Positions 1-10,575 of a stretch of 64,000 bases of DNA are shown in pieces. The DNA lies in NCBI GenBank assembly GCA_965204375.1, contig OZ241986.1:4064001-4128000 (forward strand), read 5' to 3'. This DNA is from Candidatus Latescibacterota bacterium (GTDB lineage Bacteria > Latescibacterota > UBA2968). Position numbers and translations under genes: made by a program. The notes under the pieces were generated by a model. That model had not been told where the DNA came from. It worked only from the letters and a program-made list of their open reading frames with translations, and made no database searches. Positions within the stretch are counted from its first letter, which is position 1, and each line of letters begins with the position of its first letter.

Positions 1-99
1 GTTTCGCATGGCGCAACAGGGGTTAAAGTAAATCTGGAAAGGCTCTCTATTTGACAACACCAATTTGATTATCCGGCTAAAAAAACGGGAGGACCGAAC

Positions 100-1956
100 A
101 TGAGCCAGACACTCAAGGACTTATTGAATGACAGTTTTGACCGGCATGCGGAGCGCACGGCGGTTCGCGTATTGCGCCAGCCAGAGGAACCCGGCGAAAG
201 AAGATTGCAATATCTGCCGTTGACATATCGGCAATTGAAGGTACAGCGAGACCGATTGGCATCGGGCCTGGCGCAACTGGGATTGGAAAAGGGGCAGCGC
301 ATCGGGTTATTGACCGATGGCGGCCTGGAGTCCGTCCTGGTCTTTTTATCCTGTGATATGCTGGGATTATCCGCAGTGCCCATCTGTAACAAACTGCCCG
401 ACGATCTGCTCGTACACAGCATCAACCACTCGGGCATTGCCTATTTGTTCACAGACACAAAAAGCCTGGAACAGGTCAACCGCGTACGCGAGCAACTGAA
501 CAATCCCCCCCAGATCGTCCTGACAGAAGGACAGAGCGATAACACACGCTCATTTTTTGAACTAACCCAAAAAGGCGCAGAATCACCACCGCCAGACATA
601 GCAATTGACCCCGACGACGAATCGAAAATCGTGTACACATCGGGATCATCTGGATTGCCCAAAGGCGTGATACAAACCCATCGCAATCTCGTCGGCAATA
701 TCCTGTCCGTATGGGATACGATCAGCAACCGCGACCCGCTCATCTTATTCAAATCCGCGCCCGACTATCACACCATGGGCATATTAAACATCTATTACCC
801 CCTATCAAAAGGCTGGACACTGGACCTGGCTCGGTCGCCGGATCGCGTACTCGTGGATATTCGATATTCTGAACCCGAAGGCTTTTTAACTGTCCCCCTG
901 ATCTTAGACAAAGTATTTGGCAACGTGCGAAAAGAAATTGATGCCGGCGGTGCAAAAGGCACATTAATCGCCCGGTCACTGCGCGCCAAACAGCGCATTA
1001 CACGCGGTGAAGCATCGGTCATTGACCGCCTCGTCAATGCCACACTGGGCAAAAAGGTCGTCGGACAAATCAAAGAAAAACTCTCGCAACGCGTGGGCAG
1101 CCGTCTCGAATTGTTAATCGTCGGCTCGGCAAAAGCCGACCCCGAAGCCCTCGACTTTTTCCAGGACGTACTGGACATCACCTCCCTCGAAGGTTATGGC
1201 GTCACCGAATGCAGCCCCCTGATCGCGGCAAATGTCCTGAACGGACAAAAAACAGGCACCGTTGGAAAGCCATTACAAGAAGTAAAAATCATCGCCGAAA
1301 CAGGCGAGGAAATCGCCCACGGTGACCCAAAGACAGAGACCTATAGCGGCAGTGGCGATGGCATTGGCGAATTGTGGGTACACGGCAACCACGTCATGAC
1401 GGGGTACCTCAACGACCCCGAACGCACCGCCGAAGTACTCGTAACCGATGAAACGGGCAAAGTGTGGTATCGCACGGGTGATTTGTTCAGCATGGACGAC
1501 GAGGGATTCTTGACATTCCAGGGACGCTTTGGGCGGCAATTTAAATTGAGCAACGGCGAATTTGTCAACCCAGAACGTCTCGAACGCATATTCGCTCGCG
1601 CATCGCTCATCGAACACGTCTTAATCTGCGGCGATCAGACCCGCACATTCCCGCTACCCGTCGTCACCGTAAATGTAGAAGAAGCACAATTGCAAACAGA
1701 CATTCCCGATTTGCCCACAGACGACGAGGAAGCGCTGTGCAGCCATCCCGCAATTGCCGAGCGCATCCGCGAGCAACTATTAAAAGAAGCCTCGGCATCT
1801 GGCCTTCCCGCGCACGAACGCCCGCAAAAGATACTGGTCTTGCCGGACCAGTTGAGCGAAGAAACGGGAACCCTCACCCGGGGGTTAAAAAAGGTCGTAC
1901 CCAAGAGAATAGAAGAAATCTATGAAAACGAAATCGCCGCAGCGTATGATGGATAA
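100..1956 (+). CDS. long-chain fatty acid--CoA ligase (AMP-binding family)
   Basis: YTSGSSGLPKG P-loop, EGYGVTE and YRTGD motifs; GGAGG RBS upstream. Confidence 0.85.
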   Translation: MSQTLKDLLNDSFDRHAERTAVRVLRQPEEPGERRLQYLPLTYRQLKVQRDRLASGLAQLGLEKGQRIGLLTDGGLESVLVFLSCDMLGLSAVPICNKLPDDLLVHSINHSGIAYLFTDTKSLEQVNRVREQLNNPPQIVLTEGQSDNTRSFFELTQKGAESPPPDIAIDPDDESKIVYTSGSSGLPKGVIQTHRNLVGNILSVWDTISNRDPLILFKSAPDYHTMGILNIYYPLSKGWTLDLARSPDRVLVDIRYSEPEGFLTVPLILDKVFGNVRKEIDAGGAKGTLIARSLRAKQRITRGEASVIDRLVNATLGKKVVGQIKEKLSQRVGSRLELLIVGSAKADPEALDFFQDVLDITSLEGYGVTECSPLIAANVLNGQKTGTVGKPLQEVKIIAETGEEIAHGDPKTETYSGSGDGIGELWVHGNHVMTGYLNDPERTAEVLVTDETGKVWYRTGDLFSMDDEGFLTFQGRFGRQFKLSNGEFVNPERLERIFARASLIEHVLICGDQTRTFPLPVVTVNVEEAQLQTDIPDLPTDDEEALCSHPAIAERIREQLLKEASASGLPAHERPQKILVLPDQLSEETGTLTRGLKKVVPKRIEEIYENEIAAAYDG

Positions 1957-1972
1957 ACCCAAAACCTTATGG

Positions 1973-2052
1973 ATCCACAGATGAACGCAGATAGACACAG
2001 ATGAAAGGAGATTTTTGCCTTTTATCCGCGTTCATCTGCGTTATCTGCGGAT
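1973..2052. repeat. inverted decamer-repeat hairpin element (CAGATGAACG type)
   Basis: left arm ATCCACAGATGAACGCAGATAGACACAGATGAAAGG is an imperfect reverse complement of right arm CCTTTTATCCGCGTTCATCTGCGTTATCTGCGGAT. Confidence 0.75.
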
Positions 2053-2059
2053 GCTTTTT

Positions 2060-3091
2060 ATGCCAATTTTCAACCCCGATAAACTGCGGCGCATTGGCCG
2101 CGAAGTCTTCGAACGCATAGGCGCAACACCCGAAGAAGCCCGAATCGTGGCCGATCTGCTCGTATCGTCCAATCTCGCGGGACACGACTCGCACGGCGTC
2201 GTCCGCATACCACAATACGTATCCGGCGTTCAGAGCGGTCAAATACAACTCGGAACAACCGTGGAAATCGAACGGGAAACCGATGCAACAGCCGTCGTAA
2301 ACGGACACTGGGGATTTGGGCACGTAACCGCAACAGAAGCCATGCACATCGCCATCCAGAAAGCCCGCAAAAGTGCTGTCGGCATCGTAACAGTGCATCA
2401 GTGCAACCACATCGGGCGACTGGGTGGCTATCCCGTACTCGCCGCAGCTGAAAACATGGCCGGACTGATGAGCAACAACGGCCACGGCGCCGACCTCTCA
2501 ATGGCGCCGTGGGGAGGACTGGGACGCATCCTGCCCGCGAATTGTCTCGCCGTTGCATTCCCTTCGGACCGCGACTTTCCCATTGCACTGGACCTGACCG
2601 CCGCAACCGCGGCAGGTGGCAAAATGCGGGTCGCCCTTGCCCGGGGCGAACGCGTACCCGAAAATTGGCTCATCGACGCCGAAGGCACCCCCACAACGGA
2701 CCCCGCCGACTACGTACACGGCAATGCCGCGCTAACCCCCTTTGGCGACCACAAAGGATATGGCCTATCATTCATCTTCGACATCTTATCCGGCGCCCTA
2801 TCGCCCGCCGGATGCACCCGCAAAAACTCACCTGTAACGGGCAACGCCCTATTTGTACAGGCCATTCGCATCGATGCATTCCAGCCCATCACCGACTTTA
2901 AAGCCGAAATCGGGCGATTCATCGACTATGTAAAATCGGCAAAAACCGCACCCGGATTCGACGAAATACTCGTACCGGGCGAACGCTCCCATCGCACGGG
3001 TTGTGAACGCGAGGCAAATGGAGTCCCCATAGAAGAAACGACCTGGGAACAAATTTGCGAAACCGCAAAAAAATTCGATGTAAAAACTTAA
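2060..3091 (+). CDS. Ldh_2 family (type 2 malate/L-lactate-like) oxidoreductase
   Basis: GHDSHGVVRI, HIGRLG, GDHKGYGL and VPGE motifs; start moved to the ATG at 2060, after the repeat element. Confidence 0.85.
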   Translation: MPIFNPDKLRRIGREVFERIGATPEEARIVADLLVSSNLAGHDSHGVVRIPQYVSGVQSGQIQLGTTVEIERETDATAVVNGHWGFGHVTATEAMHIAIQKARKSAVGIVTVHQCNHIGRLGGYPVLAAAENMAGLMSNNGHGADLSMAPWGGLGRILPANCLAVAFPSDRDFPIALDLTAATAAGGKMRVALARGERVPENWLIDAEGTPTTDPADYVHGNAALTPFGDHKGYGLSFIFDILSGALSPAGCTRKNSPVTGNALFVQAIRIDAFQPITDFKAEIGRFIDYVKSAKTAPGFDEILVPGERSHRTGCEREANGVPIEETTWEQICETAKKFDVKT

Positions 3092-3109
3092 TCACTGCCT
3101 CAAGCAAAC

Positions 3110-3152
3110 AAAAACCCGCCCCCTATTTACGTCTTCAGGGAGCGGGTTTTTT
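3110..3152. terminator. bidirectional rho-independent terminator
   Basis: AAAAACCCGCCCCCT...AGGGAGCGGGTTTTTT between convergent genes. Confidence 0.7.
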
Positions 3153-3163
3153 GTTAAACCGCG

Positions 3164-4501
3164 TTATTCTTTCGGTTCAGGTGGTTCGGGCGGATCGGGC
3201 GGCGTGGGCGTTTCAGGCGCATCTATCTCTTCATCTGAATACAACCTCAGATTTCCCCGACCGAGTTCAATCGCAACCTTAGAACCGCCGCCATTGAGCT
3301 GCCCAGTCACGACCTGTGAGGTACGCGACACACCGGTAATAGACAGAGGCAGGTCGGTCTGGATACTCCCGCGCCCAACATAACCGTGTACATCGACTGC
3401 CGAACCATCGGGAATGGTGAGATCAACCGCGCCAGCTTTATTTTGAATCGCATAGTCATCGCCAATGGGTTTGTGTGGATGCACCGCAATCTTGCCGCCG
3501 CGACTTTGTACAATGACGCCCGCTTCGGGATTTTCAATTTCGACAGTTCCCCGATTAATCTGGACAGTAGTTGTACCAACAATATTTGCAAGATGCGTTG
3601 CGCCGCCATTATTTTTTACAACCGCATTTCTATCAACCCGACCAACTTGAATTGAACCGCGATTGTTGTTTGCAGTAAAATCACCCCCAACATGTTGCAC
3701 CGCGACATCGCCGCGGTTCTGTTTAATGCTTATATTGCCCGAAGCACCTTCCAAAATCGTTTTGCCGCGGTTATTTTTGAGGCTTGCTGCGCCATCAATT
3801 TTGGGAAGCGTGATATTGCCGTGTCTTGCCCGCACATTGAGATCGACTTTTTCGGGATGATGCAACTCAAAGTCGATCCGCACAGATCGAATGGGATCGC
3901 CTTTTTCGCGTTTGGGCACATTGGGTCGTACTTTCACAACGCCGGACTCCCGCCGTATTTGAACATCAATTTGTTCGGCATAAGCGTTCACCGCTTCTTC
4001 ATCAGTTCCCCAAACCGAGATCGTCGCGTCAATCTTGACCTCATCGCGATCCCAAATTTTCGAAATAACATGGCCTCTTGGCGTCTGCACAGATAGACGA
4101 TCAGATACCTGGATCGGTGTTGTCTCAACAAATTGTCGAACAGCTTTTTCGGGATGCTGTCGTCTATCTTCCGTCCATTGTGAAAAGGCTTCAGATGCCG
4201 TTTGCAGGGCTTCCTGAACAATCTCGCCCACATCGGGAATTGAGCGCGTGGCTTCACGCACCGCGCGTCTGGCTTTCGGCATGGCTTCGCGGATGCGTTT
4301 TTGTACTTCAACCTGAATATCCGCACCGCCGCGCCGGCGTCTGCGCTGGCGCTGACGACTTTCATTGCGTCTGCGTTGGCGATCTTCACCTCGCGGTTCT
4401 TCCGCGGTATCTCCGAGCGCATCGAGTAATTTCACGGCATCTTCCGCCGTTATTTTTCCATCTTGAATCATCTCCAGAACTTTCATGCGTTCTTCTTTCA
4501 C
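3164..4501 (-). CDS. DUF4097-like beta-strand repeat protein with N-terminal SHOCT-like (YvlB/LiaX-type) domain
   Basis: EERMKVLEMIQDGKITAEDAVKLLDAL N-terminus; repeated xNNRGxI beta-repeats. Confidence 0.75.
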   Translation of the reverse strand: MKEERMKVLEMIQDGKITAEDAVKLLDALGDTAEEPRGEDRQRRRNESRQRQRRRRRGGADIQVEVQKRIREAMPKARRAVREATRSIPDVGEIVQEALQTASEAFSQWTEDRRQHPEKAVRQFVETTPIQVSDRLSVQTPRGHVISKIWDRDEVKIDATISVWGTDEEAVNAYAEQIDVQIRRESGVVKVRPNVPKREKGDPIRSVRIDFELHHPEKVDLNVRARHGNITLPKIDGAASLKNNRGKTILEGASGNISIKQNRGDVAVQHVGGDFTANNNRGSIQVGRVDRNAVVKNNGGATHLANIVGTTTVQINRGTVEIENPEAGVIVQSRGGKIAVHPHKPIGDDYAIQNKAGAVDLTIPDGSAVDVHGYVGRGSIQTDLPLSITGVSRTSQVVTGQLNGGGSKVAIELGRGNLRLYSDEEIDAPETPTPPDPPEPPEPKE

Positions 4502-4516
4502 GATATACTCCTTTCT

Positions 4517-4906
4517 TTATTTTTTATTCATTCTTTTGAGTTCTTCCGCTGCATCCTCCACTGAAATCTCACCGGATTCGAGACGGTCGAGAACCTCTTG
4601 CTGGGACGCAGTGGACAAATCCTCCCCCTCGGAATGTGTTCCCGTTGCAAAACCGAGTTCTGCAATCACATCGTCGAGATGGTTGCGAATCGTGCTATAG
4701 GGCACGCGGAGTTCGCGCGTCATCTCTTTGACATTGCCGCGCAATCGGACAAATGTCTCGACAAAAGTCAGGTTTTCGGGTGACAGCCGGTTAAAAATAG
4801 TGGGCTGAAATTCTCCGATAACCTCACAGGCACATCGCGTGCAGCGAATGCGCGTGACAATCACATCATTTTGGCAGGCAGGGCATTTCTCAATAATTTT
4901 ACGCAT
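4517..4906 (-). CDS. DUF2089 family protein (Zn ribbon, HTH, SHOCT-like tail)
   Basis: CPAC..CTRC, FVRLRGNVKEMTRELRVPYSTIR, LESGEISVEDAAEEL; AAGGA RBS before ATG 4906. Confidence 0.8.
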   Translation of the reverse strand: MRKIIEKCPACQNDVIVTRIRCTRCACEVIGEFQPTIFNRLSPENLTFVETFVRLRGNVKEMTRELRVPYSTIRNHLDDVIAELGFATGTHSEGEDLSTASQQEVLDRLESGEISVEDAAEELKRMNKK

Positions 4907-5159
4907 TTTTATCCTTTTTTTCATTTTAGACACCAATTTAAACAAAAAGTTTCACAAAAATATAAAATATTTCAGTATTAGATGCAATTTATTTTTTACA
5001 AATATTGGTCTTTTAAATAAATTTGACTACGTTTTTATATTTATCTGACAGACGGGATCAAGACAATAAACTGATTTGAAGGACCAAAACCTTCTCATTT
5101 GACTTTTTCTAATATTTTCTTTCCTTGTTATATCTTCTCACCCCACAACGAGGCATCTA

Positions 5160-7781
5160 ATGACACGCCTATTAATCGTCCTCATCGCATTGATCAGTCT
5201 GAATACATCGGCTCATGCTCGCGTTGACCTCAGCTATTACTTGCCCGAGGGTACGACCTACGATTCCGACATCCCCACACCCGAAGCATTTTTCGGATTT
5301 CAGATTGGCGACTGGCACCTGCGGCATGACCTCATCGTGAACTACATGCGCACATTGGCCGAACGCTCCGAACGCATAGTCCTCACACAATACGCCCAAA
5401 CACACCAGCAGCGCCCCCTATTATTACTCACCATCACATCGCCGCAAAATCACCAAAACCTCGAAACCATCCAGACACAACACCGGCAACTCACAAACCC
5501 GGATCAGTCATCCGCACTCGACATCAACACAATGCCCGTAGTCGTGTACATGGGATATAGCATCCACGGCAATGAACCCAGCGGCGGCAACGCCGCGCCA
5601 TTAATTGCATATCACCTATCAGCGGCGCAAGGTCCTGCCATAGACAACCTGCTCACCAACGCCGTCATCTTGCTCGACCCCGTATCCAATCCCGACGGCT
5701 TCGGCCGCTTTGCACACTGGGCAAATATGCACCGCAGCAAACAACTCGTTGCCGATCCCGGACACCGGGAACATCGAGAAATCTGGCCGAGCGGACGCAC
5801 CAACCACTACTGGTTTGATCTCAACCGCGACTGGGTATTTATTCAACACCCCGAAAGCAGGGGGCGGATTGAAACATTCCACGCCTGGAAACCCAACATG
5901 CTCACCGACCACCATGAAATGAACACCAATTCCACTTACTTTTTTCAACCCGGCATACCCTCGCGCAACAACCCCCTCACGCCAGCACGCACCTATGAAC
6001 TCACCGCTGCAATCGCCGAACGCCACGTCAGCGCCCTCGATAAAATCGGCACGCTATATTACACACGGGAGTCATTCGACGACTTTTACATCGGCAAAGG
6101 ATCGACCTATCCCGACCTCAACGGCGGCGTGGGCCTTCTCTTTGAGCAAGCCAGCGCACGCGGACTCCTGCAAGAAAGCATTCACGGATCCATCTCATTT
6201 CCCTTTGCCATACGCAACCAGGTGCGAACTGCCCTATCAGCGCTCCAGGCGGCCCGTGAACTGCGCACCGAACTGCTATCGCATCAACGCGATTTTTATA
6301 CCTCCGCAATCCGAGAAGCCGGGGCTGCCGCCATCAAAGCTTATGTTGTTGGCGATCCGGATGACATAGCGCGCACCCATCATTTTCTCGACATACTCCA
6401 GCAGCACCACATACAGATCTACGACCTCGCGCGCCCCATGCGCGTCGGTGGTCAGACCTTCCAGCCCGGCTCGGCCTATATCATTCCCACCGCGCAACCG
6501 CAATACCGCTTGCTCACCAGCCTGTTTGAGCGCCGCACGACCTTTCGTGACAGCTTATTCTACGATGTCTCAGCCTGGACATTACCCCTGGCATTTAACA
6601 TGCCCCTGATAGAGATCAAATCGTCATCCCAGGAATTTATCGGCGACCTCTTGCCGCCGTCTAAATTTCCTCGTGGCCGTCTATCTGTATTCAACTCAGA
6701 GGTCAATACACAGACGGGTTATATTGGCGAACAGAGAGCTTATGCGTACCTCTTTGAATGGAACGGACATTACGCACCTCGCGCACTTTACCGCCTGCAA
6801 AAAGCCGGTATAAGAGCCAAAGTGGCCTCGCGACAATTCAGCATGCATATTTCCTCAGACTCGGAGAATGAGCACTTATTTGACTACGGCACCATACTCA
6901 TCCCCATGGGCATTCAAAAAAATGATCCACAAACAATTCGAAACCTCATGCAAACAATCGCACGCGAAGATGCTCTTGATGTATTTGCCGTCTCCACCGG
7001 ACAAACCGACAGCGGTATTGACCTGGGCAGCCCGGGGTTTGTCCCCCTCAAAATACCTCAAATAGCCCTTTTAATTGGCAAAGGCGCCGATGTCTATAAC
7101 GCCGGTGAAGTGTGGCATTTGTTAGACCAGCGCTATAACATGTCGATCAGCCTCATAGACGCCAGCCATGTGCGCGATATAGACCTCAATCGCTATAATA
7201 CAGTAATCGCAGCAGGCGGATCTTATAGCAACCTCGACTCTACTGGCGTCAACGCCTTAAAACAGTGGCTGCGTCAGGGCAACACACTCATTGCCCTCAA
7301 CAGTGCTGTTCACTGGGCCATCGATTCCAAACTCGCCAGTGCCCAATTCATCAAGCGATCTCGAGAAAATTCCGGTGAACGCAAAGCTTATATCAATGCG
7401 CCCAGCGATCGGGGAGCGCAAATTATTGGCGGTGCTATCTTTCGGGTGCACCTGGATCGCACCCATCCCCTCGCCTATGGGTATCGCAATGATAACCTGC
7501 CAGTCTTTCGGCGCGGCACACTCTTTATCAAACCCGTAAACCCTTATGCCACCCCTTTGCAATACACCAAACAGCCCTTGCTCGCAGGTTATATCTCTGA
7601 ACAGAACCACAATTACATCGCCGAAACCGCATCCACCCTCGTCGCCAAACAGGGCAATGGCCGCGTCATACTCATGCTCGACAACCCCACCTTCCGCGCC
7701 TATTGGTACGGCACCCAAAAACTCTTTGCCAACGCCCTCTTTTTCGGTCCCACCATCAGCCTTCGCACATTAGGCGAGTAA
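5160..7781 (+). CDS. secreted M14 zinc carboxypeptidase
   Basis: signal peptide; HGNE, DLNRD and DHHEM zinc motifs; glutamine-amidotransferase-like C-terminus. Confidence 0.85.
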   Translation: MTRLLIVLIALISLNTSAHARVDLSYYLPEGTTYDSDIPTPEAFFGFQIGDWHLRHDLIVNYMRTLAERSERIVLTQYAQTHQQRPLLLLTITSPQNHQNLETIQTQHRQLTNPDQSSALDINTMPVVVYMGYSIHGNEPSGGNAAPLIAYHLSAAQGPAIDNLLTNAVILLDPVSNPDGFGRFAHWANMHRSKQLVADPGHREHREIWPSGRTNHYWFDLNRDWVFIQHPESRGRIETFHAWKPNMLTDHHEMNTNSTYFFQPGIPSRNNPLTPARTYELTAAIAERHVSALDKIGTLYYTRESFDDFYIGKGSTYPDLNGGVGLLFEQASARGLLQESIHGSISFPFAIRNQVRTALSALQAARELRTELLSHQRDFYTSAIREAGAAAIKAYVVGDPDDIARTHHFLDILQQHHIQIYDLARPMRVGGQTFQPGSAYIIPTAQPQYRLLTSLFERRTTFRDSLFYDVSAWTLPLAFNMPLIEIKSSSQEFIGDLLPPSKFPRGRLSVFNSEVNTQTGYIGEQRAYAYLFEWNGHYAPRALYRLQKAGIRAKVASRQFSMHISSDSENEHLFDYGTILIPMGIQKNDPQTIRNLMQTIAREDALDVFAVSTGQTDSGIDLGSPGFVPLKIPQIALLIGKGADVYNAGEVWHLLDQRYNMSISLIDASHVRDIDLNRYNTVIAAGGSYSNLDSTGVNALKQWLRQGNTLIALNSAVHWAIDSKLASAQFIKRSRENSGERKAYINAPSDRGAQIIGGAIFRVHLDRTHPLAYGYRNDNLPVFRRGTLFIKPVNPYATPLQYTKQPLLAGYISEQNHNYIAETASTLVAKQGNGRVILMLDNPTFRAYWYGTQKLFANALFFGPTISLRTLGE

Positions 7782-7807
7782 CAGGCGCGTTCCACCTTGC
7801 ACAAAAT

Positions 7808-7844
7808 AAAAGAGCACTGATTCTCACAAATCAGTGCTCTTTTT
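7808..7844. terminator. bidirectional terminator
   Basis: AAAAGAGCACTGATT-loop-AATCAGTGCTCTTTTT. Confidence 0.85.
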
Positions 7845-7863
7845 ATCATCCTCATCACGGTAT

Positions 7864-8634
7864 TCACCGTTGAATATCATGGCGCGTGGCATCTCTCGGC
7901 ACGGGCAAAACAAAGTCCTCGTCGGACAAACCCGTATTAATAGCGCGCGATTTGACCTGGATGAGAATGACATCCTCGCCCTGCTGAATCTCGATACGCC
8001 GGGGCAGTGCAAAGCCGCCATCCATGCGATAATCGGACAGAATGCGCGCCGACACGAATTGTCCATCGCCGTTATAGACCCTCTCCTCGCGTAAAAAACC
8101 CGTATGCGCCTCAATCCAGAGACGGCGCAAATAAAGATCGTATTGCAACTCGAGAAAAATATTTTCTTTCCCGGGTTCAAAACGCACCACGCGGGCGGCA
8201 TCTATGGGGGAAAGATTGGGCAAGCCGAGAATAGCGCGATCATACGCATAATAGGACAGATCGACATCCGTGAGCACGTAGAGCACATCTTCGGGAGGAC
8301 CCACGAGATAGCGGTTTTCTCGGGGCAGGTGAACGTGCAGCGTATCATCCTGGGCACGCGCGGCCATGACCACGGTACCAAAACCACCAACGACGAGTTT
8401 GAGATCTGAAGGCAATCGGTGGCGCACAAGCGCAGAAGCCCTGCGTTCGCGCACCCCATCAATAGTGAGGTCAATACTCGCGCGAACCTCCTGACTGCGC
8501 AGGCTGTCGTAGCGGGTAGCGATGAGATCGAAAAATTCGGCTGAAGAAGTAACAGGCGGCAACAGAGGGGGACGGTTGGCGACACAGCCGCCGAGGAAAA
8601 AGAAAAAAATTAGCAGGAATCTATGATTGCGCAT
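7864..8634 (-). CDS. lipoprotein, DUF4292/LolB-like fold
   Basis: lipobox LGGC after a hydrophobic stretch from ATG 8634; beta-rich with DYR..GGFALPRRIEI tail; follows a TPR gene. Confidence 0.55.
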   Translation of the reverse strand: MRNHRFLLIFFFFLGGCVANRPPLLPPVTSSAEFFDLIATRYDSLRSQEVRASIDLTIDGVRERRASALVRHRLPSDLKLVVGGFGTVVMAARAQDDTLHVHLPRENRYLVGPPEDVLYVLTDVDLSYYAYDRAILGLPNLSPIDAARVVRFEPGKENIFLELQYDLYLRRLWIEAHTGFLREERVYNGDGQFVSARILSDYRMDGGFALPRRIEIQQGEDVILIQVKSRAINTGLSDEDFVLPVPRDATRHDIQR

Positions 8635-8665
8635 TTGGCATTTAAGACGGGGGAACGGAGTACGT

Positions 8666-10570
8666 CTATTCGGAATAACTGGCGTCTTTGGAAAAATTTT
8701 CGAATTTTTTCCGCAGAGTCTGGTTATCGGGATCAAATTCTATAGCGCGTTCATAGTGGTGGCTTGCGCGGGAGAAATCGCCCATTTTGTGCGCTGCGTC
8801 GCCCGCGTGCTCGTGAATAACCGCGAGATTTTCGCGCAGACCATCTACAATTGGGGAATTGGGATCGGTTTGGCGAAGGGTTTCTTCCTCTACGGCGAGT
8901 GCGCGGTCCAGCCAGCGCGCGGCGTTCTCGTACTGCTTGAGCTGATAATAGACCCAGCCGAGGCTGTCGAGATAAGCGCCGTTCTCTGGATCAATCTTCA
9001 GAGCGCGTTCAATTAACTTTTTTGCCTCGGTGAGGCGTTCACCGCGCTCGGCGAGCATATACCCCAAATAATTGCTGGCATCTGCGTGATCCTGATCCAG
9101 CGCCAAAAGGCGCTGAAATATTGCGACAGCGCGATCGAACTGTCCCGCACGTTCAAGGCTGCGCCCCAGATCAAAGAGCACATGCTCGAGAAACTCGGGA
9201 TTATTTTCCGTATCGGCGACGAGTGGCTCCAGCAGGGGAATGGCTTTTTCCCAGTTGCGATCAAAAAGATATGTACGTGCCAGTTCGTAGCGAAAACCCG
9301 TATTTTGGGGTCTCGCGTCAACAGCCTGTTGATAGATCGTGCGCGCACTGGCAATTTCGTTTTGGCGCAAATAAACGCGGGCAAGATCAAACGCGATTTG
9401 ATCGTAATACTCGCTTTCAGGGCGCGCATCTCGATGGAGCTTTTCCAGGACCTGTTGCGCGCTTGCCCAGTTTTCCTCGGCCCTGTACGAACGGGCAATG
9501 CCGAGATGATATTCGGTCTTTTCACCCTGTAAATTGGCGTGGCGATAGGTTTTGCGCGCATCGGCCGTACGGTTGGCATCGAGCAACAAACGGGCTTTTA
9601 TGCCCAGCAGAGTCTGGTTTTCGGGATCGGTTTGCAACTGGTGATTGAGAACGCGTTCGGCCATATCGACAAATAGCATTTTCTCGTCGTGATCGTGACG
9701 TCCCTTCACCATTCTGAGGAGCACATTGCCCAACTGATTGACCAAACGAGCATCTGGTTCTTCAAAGAGGTAATTGAGATAGGGTTCGTGGCTGTAAATG
9801 TGTACTAACTGAACCCAGACCGGGACGGTCTCCTTGGTAACGCGATAATCTTGCCGCGCGATTATTCCCCGAAAATTTTGTTCTGCAGCCAACGTATCGC
9901 CCCGAGAGAGATGTGTTATGCCCAGCTTAAACTGGAGATCATCGTTATTGGGGTCCTCTTCGAGAATATCGCGATAAATCTGCGCTGCTTTGTCAAACGC
10001 GCGCTGCCGATTGTAGATGTCAGCGGCAAAGCGCTTTTCGCGCGCGCCCATCAGTCCGGGCATAGCAACAATGCTATCGAGCAATGTCAGAACCTTGCCG
10101 CGCTGGCCCCTGGCCCTGTAAATCTGGAAAAGATGTTGATAAGCACTCAGATCTCGTGGCACGAGGCGCACAATGGCATTTAACTGGTCAATCGCTCTGG
10201 TAGTATCGCGCAGGCCCCGGCTGAGAGCTTCGTAATAGAGCCAGCGAATTTGCACATCTTTCGGATCGATTTGGACGGCTCGCCGCGCGGGTTCAACCGC
10301 CTGTTGAAATCGCCGAACAGCATTGAGATTGCGAGCCAGTGCGCTATAGAGTGTCGCAGAGGTTGAGTCGTATTGCACAGCGGCTTGCAATTCTTCAATA
10401 GCCCGATCGCGTTGGCCTGCGGATTCTGCAAATCGCGCCCGCAAAAAGTGCGTGACAGCATGGGGATGAGGGGGTGCTTTTTTGGGTACAGAGCGCAAGC
10501 TAATCTGCGGTTGCTGCGGTGATACACAGCCGATGAGCAGTGTGAACAAAAAACAGAATGTGTAACGCAT
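8666..10570 (-). CDS. tetratricopeptide-repeat lipoprotein
   Basis: lipobox LIGC; many TPRs; NYLGYMLAE and AYLDSLGWVYY motifs. Confidence 0.85.
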   Translation of the reverse strand: MRYTFCFLFTLLIGCVSPQQPQISLRSVPKKAPPHPHAVTHFLRARFAESAGQRDRAIEELQAAVQYDSTSATLYSALARNLNAVRRFQQAVEPARRAVQIDPKDVQIRWLYYEALSRGLRDTTRAIDQLNAIVRLVPRDLSAYQHLFQIYRARGQRGKVLTLLDSIVAMPGLMGAREKRFAADIYNRQRAFDKAAQIYRDILEEDPNNDDLQFKLGITHLSRGDTLAAEQNFRGIIARQDYRVTKETVPVWVQLVHIYSHEPYLNYLFEEPDARLVNQLGNVLLRMVKGRHDHDEKMLFVDMAERVLNHQLQTDPENQTLLGIKARLLLDANRTADARKTYRHANLQGEKTEYHLGIARSYRAEENWASAQQVLEKLHRDARPESEYYDQIAFDLARVYLRQNEIASARTIYQQAVDARPQNTGFRYELARTYLFDRNWEKAIPLLEPLVADTENNPEFLEHVLFDLGRSLERAGQFDRAVAIFQRLLALDQDHADASNYLGYMLAERGERLTEAKKLIERALKIDPENGAYLDSLGWVYYQLKQYENAARWLDRALAVEEETLRQTDPNSPIVDGLRENLAVIHEHAGDAAHKMGDFSRASHHYERAIEFDPDNQTLRKKFENFSKDASYSE

Positions 10571-10575
10571 GATCG

